Shown piece by piece: positions 41,371 through 64,000 of a DNA stretch of 64,000 nt. This DNA is from Lingula anatina. Its lineage: Eukaryota > Animalia > Brachiopoda. The stretch is taken from NCBI GenBank assembly GCA_051362555.1, contig CM120647.1:1860001-1924000 (forward strand). The letters run 5' to 3'. The first letter of the stretch is position 1. Each line of letters starts with the position of its first letter. The notes beneath the pieces were generated by a model. That model had not been told where the DNA came from. It did no database searches and saw only the letters and a list, made by a program, of their open reading frames with translations. The translations under genes were made by a program, and so were the position numbers.

Positions 41371-43267
41371 GACTTATTGTATTTCTGAAGAGCAAGTTAG
41401 GAAAATTCACTAGTTCTCTACAGGCACGAAACAACTATCACTTTTACTTTAAAACACCTTTCTTCATATTTTGATAAAATGCGTTACGGTATTGATATCT
41501 ATTTATTTTTTCCGGAAATATTGAACAATAGAACATCAGGATAATGGTGGGGTATTCATTATAATACTTTATTTAAGCTTTCATCACATGCTGGTTATTT
41601 CGTTACCGATAGTCCGAATATTCTACAATTCCCACCGCTCTAGTCGCCGACTAACCCCAAGCCCATTTTGGAATTAACCGTTAACTGTAGTTCAAACAAC
41701 ATAAGACGTGTTTTGGTTATTTATATTAAAAAAAGGTTATCAAAACATTATATAATGTTTTTCCAGAATGTTATAAACACGCTGATAAAACTCCACAAAA
41801 TGGTGTTATCATAAAATTTTGTAGAAACGGATCTTTTTTACAAAGTATAACGTTACTATACATCATTTTGCATGAGTTAAAACACCCATAACGTTACCAT
41901 AATGTTATTGTTTACCATTACCAGTATGTAACCATCTGACAACGTCGTAAAAATGTTATTTGTTATTTGGATTATTACTTAAAGGTACATATGAACCGAG
42001 CATCGGTGGAGCGTGGGTTTCCAGTAACACATATAAACCACTTCCACTAGATACGTCGACATGCCAAATGACAAACTGAATAAATCACTCGATCAGCCAT
42101 AAAAGAGCTTAAGACTGCTCTTTAAATTTTTGGTAAAAAATTTAACCTACTTATGTGACCTACTTTTCTGCCCCATGTATATCATGTACAGGATAGTAAC
42201 AGGCCTACCCAACTACCAGACTCGGCACCGAATGATCCAGAATTCACCGGTAAATCGGACCACACTACCCGTTTTCAGATCTTATCTCTAGAAATGGGGT
42301 CTTAGTTTTAAGTGATGCACTAGATTTGATATATTTATAATTAAGAGTAATTTCTAACAATTTGAACGAGGATTCATGTTATCATTATTATTCAAAACTA
42401 CAAGGTTGGTATTGAAAAGCGCGATCACGCATCCAGTATTGAAACACACTTTTTTTACTAAAAATATAAGAACGCAGACAATCTGAACGAATCATATACT
42501 GAACCTCTCTATATATCTTGTGGTGGAAATGATTGTTTATATTATTTTTCCCTTTCACTCATTCAAACAATGGATAACTATCACTTATGAAGTGCAATTA
42601 TATCAAAAATGAAAATTTGAAAGCGCATATAAAAAAACAACCGTTTGATTTAATCTGTTTTTGTACCACCGCTGTAAAATACAGGATGTACCTGCATGCA
42701 AACGCAGTGTAAGCACCGATAGAGAGAAAAACTAAAAGTTATACTTAGTCACTTGAAAATGATTTTTACAGATTCCTCTTTTTCTAAATGTCAGCAACGG
42801 AGTCTAAGGTTAAAAAAAAACTTGAAATTGGGCAGCGGTGCATCTGATCAATAGCAATGCTCAATTTTTACAAAATGAAACATGATTGGTAATGAAATGG
42901 TGCCATTTGGTACGGTTTAGATTATCAGAGATTAGATTTCCAGAGGGGACCATTGGTGTGACTTTTTTTTCAGAAATCGAAGGGGGGGTTCAGGACTCCT
43001 CTTACACCCTCGGATCCCCTAAACCCTCCACTGCAAGCCTGTATTTGTAAGCTACACTGTATTTTCACAGCCTTTTCCAAAAACCGCTATAGTTTTGATG
43101 ATTAACGGGTGACCCCAACTCCTAAACCCTTCATGGGTCAACGTTTAACTAAATTTTTTGAATTGAATATATTCATTTTATTCATTTTTAATACTCTGTG
43201 CAATATTTTAACATGGATGCATTTGAATTCTTTACCTATTTTAGCACAGAATATACCCAGTCCGTTA

Positions 43268-43433
43268 TTAGTCCATTTCAGTATATGCGTCGTAATCATC
43301 CTCCCCTGTGTCCCAAGGTTCTCCACCAAATTCCGTGTTGATTTTCACTGTCTCCTCTATTTGTGTTACAATAGAGGTGAAGTCTGGTCGCTCCTCTGGC
43401 TCCCACGACCAGCACTTCAACATCAGCTGGTAC
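43268..43433 (-). pseudogene. Orphan duplicate of the RTK2 terminal kinase exon, with ~0.9 kb of upstream intron
   Basis: 43250-44300 aligns with 51670-52745; acceptor ttccag intact; encodes the same YQLMLKCWSWEPEERPDFTSIVTQIEETVKINTEFGGEPWDTGEDDYDAYTEMD*; no other kinase exons next to it. Confidence 0.8.
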
Positions 43434-45111
43434 CTGGAATAGTACCAGACGACAGGGTAGGCACAAAATGGATACAAGCAAGAGAACAAAGGCGGCATCA
43501 AAATATAATGTTATTATCAACCTAGCCCATATATCAGTACATGAAACATAGAGGCAGATTCAGGATTATTTAAAGAAAGCTTCCAGTTGTAGGACTGACA
43601 GGCCGCAGATTTGAAGCCGATCCCCCCCCCCCCCCTTCTTCCCCTATCGGCGTGGGGTCCCGGAAATTTTGGGTATTTTGGAGAGCGAACGGTGCCATTT
43701 GGTACGGTTAAAAACTATGATTCAACTAGTCAAAATTCGTATTTCAACAGGGGACCATTGGTGTGTTCTTTTTTCCAGAAAGCGAAAGGGGGGGGGGGGG
43801 GGGTCAGGACCACCTGACTTCCCTAAATCCGCCACTGCCAGCATTTATTTGTAAGCAACAGTGTATTTTCACAGCTTTTTCTATAAACCGTTATGGTGTT
43901 GATGGTTAACGGGTGACCCCAACTCCTAAACCCGTCCATACATGCAGTGTATATGGATTTTGCCTGCCTACATGTATGTGTATATACAGGTACACGAACA
44001 TACAGCTGATACAAGGAGGCGCGGACTCAGCAGGCAGAAATATACAAAGCACCAAATACGAGAACTTAAATAATTTAAAACCTGCTATAACAACATGTTA
44101 TATAATACTGAAAAATTAAGTTTTCACTCTCACAGAAATACAGAAATAGAAGATTATATATAGGCCCTATAAATTATCAAGACTGATGTCAGGGGAGACA
44201 TATCTCTTTGCTATGAACACTGAATGTAGTTGTATATACTCGTGGACTGACTGGTGTCTTAGCCATGTCCCAGTTCCACTATGAAAAATTTAAGTCAGTT
44301 TTCGCACGCGCCGTCCCCAAAAGGGCCTAGCAGAGCCGAAATTTAATCCGTTTAATATACATTTAAGCTTTTCGACAGCAGCCCAAACTAAACGCACAAA
44401 ATAAAATTTAAAAAGTTTGGATCTGGTGCCACATGCTCAAAGTTCCGATTGCTGGTGATGTTACTAATCTGTGTAAACGAAGTTTATTTTAGATTTTATT
44501 GCAAATAAACTGTTTGTTTAAATTCACCGTACCTGACGTATTTTCCCTTTTTAAACTATTCAACTCTGGCCAACCAAACTAAAATCCTCTTTGCCTGACT
44601 CTCGCCATAACTCGATTAATCTGGGGAATTTAAAGAGTACTTAATCCATGCTTAGCGCTGGGTGTTAAAAATTCAGCCATCCACTTGAGTTCTAACATCT
44701 GAATATTTGTTTTTGTTATTTTTTAAAATCTATGGCAATTATCTGTTGAAATATGATAAAATGCATTACTTGTGTCCTCAGATAAGAATAATGAATTTAT
44801 GAATAAAAGAGAAATCAAAAATTCAATTTTAATACCCTTTATTGCGTTTGTTGTTCATCAAACCCATGTCCACAAAAGCAATGTGATTTAAATTAAGCAA
44901 AGGGGAAGATAGCACAGTCTGAATGCTGATCTTAACTTTTTCCGAGTAAGGATTCTTTTCGAAAAAGCTATATGCATGAGTTTGCTATCTTTGCTGCTTG
45001 AATATGTAGGGTTTACTTTTTCAGCTAGCGATGAAATTCCTAAGAATCCATATTATCTTCTTTGTTCCAAGTCATAAAGCTGGATTCAGCTAGAATAAAG
45101 TTTGTTCTTCT

Positions 45112-46745
45112 CTACACAGCCATTACGCCATCGGTTAACTGCTCCTTGGAGATTTGATCGACCCTGAAACATACGTTTAACTTCTATTTCATAAAACTTC
45201 TTTCTCATCTAAATCCATCTCCCGTATAACACATTTGATATAAAAAAAGTTAGTTTATCCAGAAAATCTGTTATGGCGGCACAATGTTTCAATGAAATTT
45301 TATTTTGAGACCTAAAAGTATTATATTTAATCAAATGTCATATATGCCATGTTTTAACAAATGCACACGCTTATCGAATGCCCATTTTCTAACCATTTGA
45401 ACATTTTTTTCTTTTTGTATATAATGTTTTCTGGATGATGTGTGACTCAGTTTCCACTTCAGATCATTTCAAACAGTTTTAATGCAGTTGAAGCTTTGCA
45501 ATTGCCAAAATTGAGAAGTAAATTTTTCCGGTTTATCAAATACTTCAGTGGATCAATCCTGTCTTTAACTGTTCCAAAGAACGTTGCACATACAGTGTGA
45601 ACTTTGTAGATGCGTATGAGTAAACGATATGAACATTTGAGATAGAGACCCGTACACTGTGAATACTTTGAATAGATAGTGCCGCCATACCTTTTTCTGT
45701 CCATGTCACTGTATACTGCTCTGGCATTGGCTCTGGCATATGGCACATTGTCAACTGCTCTCTTTTTGTCACACCTGCATACGGTGTAGCTGTAATTAAA
45801 TAGTATCTTCTGCAATAAGTAAGTCATGTCATTAGCGTTTTTTAAGGATCTCAGCGGCAAGTCTGATAGTTAGTAACACACTGATTACTTTGTTCCATCA
45901 AGGATATTGTTGTCTAGAAAATTTTACCTTATTTTAAAACAACTGGTCAATAGATTCTGATACTCAAGAATCAATATGATCCAAATCGAAGTGTTTCACT
46001 CTGTGTTTTAGAGCAAGATTCAATACTTACATTAAACCATATCTGAATATAGTATCAACACAGTCCTCGCTCTTTCTACAGCCACCTTCACAAGCACAAC
46101 CGAAGATGTTACATGACCCAACACCACAGTGCGGAGTCACCTGCAATAGGAGTAGTGAACTGTATGAGCGTTTTCCCTCTTATTTACACGCGTTCAATCG
46201 TTTATATAACAGTACGTGTTTCAATGTAGTGCTATGCTAGTGTTCACATCACACTCGGAAACATTTCGAATTTATTGAATTTTCTCATGACGGACGGAAC
46301 AGCCAATGTCATTGGAAGAGTCGATTTCAGTTCCTTCATCCGTGCCCTTCAGAGTTGAAAGCGTAGAGAATTAATGTTTAACGCGGTGCACTTGAAACTA
46401 TTTTGGAATCAAACTAAGACTGTCGTCATAATCAAATTTCGCAAAATCCACAGTAAACTAATGCATTTGCAAGATATTAGATACAGGATCATATAAGATG
46501 CTTTCAATGTGATACAAAAAAAAACTCAATTTCTCAAATTTTGTTTTAATACACATGTAATTGCTTTAGTAACGTTGAATCTATGATTGTGAAAAAAATT
46601 ACCTCTTCTTATACGTTAATTGACGTACCTTTTTGCAGTCGGCGCAGTAAGTCGAACCGTCAATACAACAAACAGCCTGGCCAACTTCTACCAAGCTTGC
46701 TGCAACAAAGACAGCAACTAACAGAATAGCACTACAGCTCACCAT
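45112..46745 (-). CDS. Diedel-like secreted cysteine-rich protein, copy 4 (125 aa)
   Basis: Exons 46745-46629, 46140-46031, 45789-45691, 45163-45112 (378 nt): MVSCSAILLVAVFVAASLVEVGQA-VCCIDGSTYCADCKKVTPHCGVGSCNIFGCACEGGCRKSEDCVDTIFRYGLIYTVCRCD-KKR-AVDNVPYARANARAVYSDMDRKRVDQISKEQLTDGVMAV*. Confidence 0.85.
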
Positions 46746-48125
46746 GGTCTGAAACAGCTGAAAGAGTCATACAAAATCAACAAAATGAAATATCGTAACG
46801 GCAAATTTGTGTCGTCTGTTCACTCCAAGACACTGACTGTAATAACTCACCAGTTGAGTTGTTTGAGATTGGTTCGATGAAATTGTGGCATCTCTATTTA
46901 CAGCCTTTATAAATATGCTTCTAGTCTCAGTGAGTCATTGGTACCCTATGTTCAAGAGCAACGTAATGAATATATGTTAAATCCTTAATTTCTATGAGCT
47001 CTACTATCAGCTGTCCCATATTATGAGCAGCAGAGCAAAGATAAAACAAGGATTAGTCGAACTCCCTAGAAATTCAGGGTGGACTGCGTGTTGCTGGTTG
47101 TCATTTCAGTAGATTTACCTCGTTGACAGGGACTACTTATATTTTCTAACAATACATTTAATGTGGTAGGTTTGTTATGTGCAACTTATATACCTATATT
47201 TGCACATCAAGCAGTACGAGCGGCAACAGACGTCATGCTACACGTCCCATTGATCAAAATGCAAAGAAAATACTAACTGCATTTTATGTATATTTTATGT
47301 TTATAACTTTATTTAGAAATATTGAATAGTGGTCAAATATACAACCCCTGTGCCGAAAAACATTTGATACCCTGTATTACAGCATGCAGGATGTTTTTAA
47401 ATACGCGTTTCTATGACCTCTAACAGCACCTTAAATGTGGTTGTAATAGCAATGATAAACCAAGAGTCAACAACAGTCTGTCGAAATTTATCACTATAAG
47501 GAAGTCATTTCAGAAGCGTCACGTTATAAAGGGGGTTCTTTATTTTTAAGTGATGCACTTAATTTAAAGACGTACAATTAAGAGTAATTTCTAACAGTTT
47601 GAACGAGGCTTCGTGTTATCATTATTATTCAAAACGGCAAGGTTGGTATTAAAAATAAGAAAGCTGACAATCTGAACGATGTATGTATGAATTTATCTAT
47701 CTATTTCGTGGTGGGAATTATTGTTTATATTATTTCTTTCACTCATTCACACATTGGATAACTATCGCCTGTAAATTGCAATTATATCATGAATGTTTCA
47801 ATGAAAATATGAAAGCGTGAAAAAACACCGTTTGATTTCATATCTTTTTGAACTACCGCTGTAAAATACAAAATGTACCAGCATGTAAACGCTGTATAAA
47901 CACCGACAGAGAGAAAAACTAAAAAAATATACTTTGTCACTAATAAATGACGGTGGGTTTTTACAGCTTCCTCTTTCTCTAAATGTCAGCAACGTAGTCT
48001 AAGGTTAAAACCTTGAAATTGAGCGGCTGTGCATCCGATCAATAGCAATGTTCAATTTTTTTCAAAAGAAAGACTTGACAATTGTAGTTAGCATACAGTG
48101 AATACCAGCTCTTCTTGTGAAAAGC

Positions 48126-48126
<1 letters not shown>

Positions 48127-48165
<39 letters not shown>
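48127..48165. repeat. (TAA)n microsatellite
   Basis: Perfect triplet run. Confidence 0.9.
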
Positions 48166-48374
48166 TACAGACTTGACATTTAATATGGAGTTTTTTTTTT
48201 CAAATCATTTTTCATCAGTTTTTTTTCTGTCCAATTTGGTCCAGGTTTGTTGTTGGACTTGTATGCCATTGATTCGGTGAGTAATGGTCTACCCACATAT
48301 TGCCTATGTGGTTAAAATATGGCGATTTTGATGACCAAGGGAGCTGCTCATAGTATTGTGAATTATCTGCTATT

Positions 48375-50105
48375 AAAGGTGCTCTGTGTGAACCGGTGTG
48401 AACGGAATGGTAGTCCTAGTAACGCAAGTCTGACCGGACACTAAGTCCTGGGAATGCAAGTCCTAGGTCTAGCGTTTCTAGGAATGGATGTCCTAGGACA
48501 TACGTTACTAGGATTTAACGTCCTTGGGACAACAGTTACCAAGGAATGTAAGTCCCATTGCAAGAAATGCAAGTCCGGATGGGACCTGTTTTCCTGATTT
48601 ATACTAGGACTACATGTCCGATTTGACTTTTTCTCTTACACTTAAATGGAAGTTACATATAATAAATAATAATATGTGTGTATTAAAATGATCGGTATGA
48701 TTACCTTTATTATTTTGATATTCACAAACTGAATGAAAAAAATTAATTATGAAAAATAACACGTAAGAAGTTGTGATAAATTTATTTTAATTTTAGTAGA
48801 CCTATTCATTTGTCAGATAAATTTTCAAATTGGAGCCGTTGACGTTGTTTTATTTTCATGCTGTTATAATAATCCTTGCATGATAATAGTCATTTTTTAA
48901 ATATTTTTTCTTTTGTGTATTTAACATGGATATAGATATTAAATAACACTGTGATAAAGTAAAGGTTTTAAAACATGGTTGAATTAGATGGTGCTATTAT
49001 ATAGGTTTTACCGGAATACAGTAGAATGGAAATGGTTCTCAGGAGTGAACTTTCATCTTTTTAGATTAGATTTTTATTTTATTGATCAGTTGGTGCAGGA
49101 TTCAAGTGCAATTTGTAGGGCCTATATATTTTATGTATTTAGCAGTGCAATGGATATTTAATTACATTGTGATATAGTGATGTTTTTAATTATAACTTGG
49201 TTTCAGATAATGGTGCGTAGGTTGGTTTTATTTTACTCGGGTGTTAATGTGCAGCTTTTTTAGATTAATTTTAATTGGAAGATGGCACGATGCTAGTGCA
49301 TTTACTAGCACAGTAATTTATTTGCAAACTTGGACATGCAACAGCTCAGCAGTGAACAAATCGAATATGTCTTTGTGATAATATTTTTGTACGCAGTTTT
49401 ACTTTTCTAAATAAAACGATGAAAGAAAGTAAATTTGCTGTGATTAGCTTCTTCAATATAATTTTTCTAGTCCTACTCTCCGCCGCTTCGACCCATGTCG
49501 CACTTGAAATACTGTTTAGCTGTTTTGTGTGACTTTGGTAAATCAGCTGATGGTACTGCATCAATAGACATACTATCTTTCCTGTTTGGCTTCCCGGATT
49601 GGAAGTGACAGCCACAGACTTTGAAGTTGTCAGTTATATCTTTCAATGAAATGTTCGCACGACCAGCAGCACTAATCCATAGCAATGTCGAACGTCTGTC
49701 CTTTGGAAATACAAAAAAAAAAAAAATAATAAAAAAAAAAAAATACAAACATTGTCTTTTCTACCTCTTCGGTGGCTGCAGTTATACACACAGCAGTTGT
49801 CGTGGCCGATAAATGCAAAGAGCGGGAGATCTACTTTACATCGAGACAGCCGTCCATGAAGGCCCCTTCTACTCTTGCCCCCTGAGAAACAGTCCCGCAT
49901 AAAATGGCGCGAACTGCGCATGCTCACGATTTCGTGGAAAACACTCTATTCCACTTGCTAGTTCTTTTCTGGGTATATAGGGTTGCATGGTTAGTTGCCG
50001 TTGATAGGGCTCACCTTGGGAACAATTGCAGGTCCGCCAGGAATAGAAGTCCTATCCATATTTATGACAGGAATACAGGTCCCATTAGGACTATTAATCC
50101 TAGTT
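48375..50105 (-). mobile_element. DNA-transposon relic with a frameshifted THAP zinc finger (49490-49810) and arrays of short gtcctagga-like subterminal repeats
   Basis: Minus strand GHDNCCVYNCSHRRGRKDNVCIF-[poly-T break]-FPKDRRSTLLWISAAGR...FKVCGCHFQSGKP...IDAVPS = THAP C2CH signature with W, HF and AVP box; repeated agtcctagg/aggact motifs at 48410-48620 and 50020-50105. Element limits approximate. Confidence 0.7.
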
Positions 50106-50266
50106 CATTTATGTGGTATCAGAATATGAACGTATTTATAGTAGTGCAAGCAAGCCCGTGACATCTGTAACCAGTCTAAATTATCCGACGCGGCAAAGTA
50201 AAATGACCAGCAAACACGACAAAGACATAAAAATCACACAAAAGTTAAAAACGCAACTTCAGTTTT

Positions 50267-50345
50267 ATAGGATTCGAACTCCCATCACATTACTTTCAGA
50301 TACCGTTCTGGATGCACTTTGTTGCACTGCCTTACCACTACGCCA
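50267..50345 (-). mobile_element. tRNA-derived SINE head / Pol III type-2 promoter
   Basis: Minus strand TGGCGTAGTGG (A box) ... GTTCGAATCC (B box); spacer too long and no convincing cloverleaf for a tRNA. Confidence 0.6.
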
Positions 50346-51164
50346 GAGAGACGAAGCGGCAAATCGGCGATTTTACGGAATAATTATATATGCTCACTAA
50401 AGCATACCATTCATGTCACTGGCCTTTACCTAGTAGTAATATAAAGGGACGGATATAAAAATAGGGCGGACCTCCAAATGTAAAGCTATTCGTTGCAGTT
50501 TATAGCGGTCAAGAACTGTACTGATATTTTAGTAAGTATATAAAAGCTAATAGTGATAAATCACTTACTTAATAATATCGTTATTAACATAGTAGCTTGC
50601 AGAAGTATATAGACATAACATGTGTTAAGGCAGATTATTTAGAAAAAATATTTATAGCAGTAATAATTACGCTTTTATACCAGTTAAGTTTCTGTTCTAA
50701 CCACTCAAAACTGTTTCAGTTTTATCTATCAAAAGAATGTATGAGTGTAGTACATATTCGTACTCCATCACGTGATTGGTTGTTGAGACGATAGAACTGT
50801 ATTTGAGTACATACTCATATATCAGACTGTCAGATTTGACTACAAAGAGGATGCATATACTCATAACAATGATCAAGTAAGCATATATTAATACACTGCT
50901 AAGGTTCATGTCCAGTACCACATATACCGAATGTCGACAGTATCTTAAATAAACGAAGAGCATCTACCTTCACAAGGCGTATGATACAATACAAACGCCT
51001 CACCACATATGATATCTAAAAAAAAATTAATCTCCATTAAAACCAGGTATGCTGCAAAATAATACCACAATTAAAATTTGTCAACTAGAAAGGGACTAAC
51101 CAGAATGCGGTCCATGCAACTAGTCTAGATCTCTCTCTGATCATTTCCCTGCTGCTATATGTAA

Positions 51165-51370
51165 CTGATCACCTCAGCAGTAGTACAGTGTAACTGTTGC
51201 CCCCCGGCCCCCTCCCTCCCCCTACACCTTGTAACAATTGTTACATGGCCGCTTATACTGACAACCATATCAAATATAGTACATGCTATCTCTACTGACA
51301 CGGTACAGTTTACGCAAATATTTCAAGGACCAAATCACCTGATCATCTGCTACCACACCATAAAGATAGT
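51165..51370 (+). repeat. Inverted copy of the TRIM upstream region (1345-1550)
   Basis: caaatatagtacatgctatctctactgacacggtacagtttacgcaaatatttcaaggaccaaatcacctgatcatctgctaccacac is the diverged reverse complement of gtgtggtagcatatgatcacgtgattggggctttgaaatatttgtgaaaactgtaccatgtcactagagatagcatgcactatatttg. Confidence 0.85.
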
Positions 51371-51688
51371 GATAATACAGAACCTAAAGAACAATGCGCT
51401 CCAGAATCGTTGAGGCAAAATTAGGTGACCGCCTTCAATATCCAAATTGGGAGGAGGTAAAAATGGAAATATGCAGCGTCTAGTTTATTTGTAGTTTTTG
51501 TCCGCAGTTTAATTCTTTTTCGTAAAAACAGTGAAACATGAAAATTATAAAGTTATTTGACATTTTAAAATACAACAAGTTCTAGTGAAGAAGAATCAAC
51601 ATCGTCATCGTCAAAACTTATTGAAAATCACAGTCCAAAAATAGATTGGTCTTAATAGGCAGATTTACAGAATATACCCAGTCCGTTA

Positions 51689-64000
<12,312 letters not shown>

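Noticed and set aside
45459-45580. Possible extra exon DPLKYLIN.KN.LLNFGNCKA..ALKLFEMI in the last intron of the Diedel-like genes
   Set aside because: The nearest AG gives an immediate stop in the required phase, no consistent donor exists, and copy 2 has a 7-nt frameshift; the direct splice already gives correct EF-loop spacing. It could be a decayed ancestral exon but is unsupported.
50267-50345. tRNA gene
   Set aside because: A and B boxes are present but spacing and stems do not form a cloverleaf; treated as a SINE head.

Overview
AT-rich, intron-containing animal (invertebrate-like) genomic DNA that looks like a recently rearranged immune/signalling locus. From left to right: (1) the 5' part of an intronless RING/B-box/coiled-coil (TRIM) gene on the minus strand, running off the left edge; (2) a ~26-exon, ~1600-aa receptor tyrosine kinase (RTK1, +, 5328-23296) with a plexin-type ectodomain (Sema, 3 PSI, ~6 IPT) joined to a MET/RON-type kinase, carrying an internal duplication of four exons separated by a DIRS-like retroelement relic; (3) a tandem array of four small multi-exon minus-strand genes (25.7-46.7 kb) that the ORF track does not assemble. 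They encode secreted 12-cysteine Diedel-like proteins (signal peptide, CC..C.DC..TP[YH]CGVGSCNIFGCAC[QE]GGCR, KKR site, EF-hand-like tail); three are intact and one has lost its start codon; (4) a convergent paralogous kinase gene (RTK2, minus, 51689 to beyond the right edge), plus an orphan copy of its last exon inside the Diedel array. The paralogs share a tract of at least 1.18 kb with no differences seen, embedded in clearly diverged sequence. Many non-autonomous DNA transposons/MITEs, a THAP relic and a tRNA-derived SINE head are interspersed. Exon models were built by hand from GT-AG sites and phase checks; family names come from motif recognition, not database searches.
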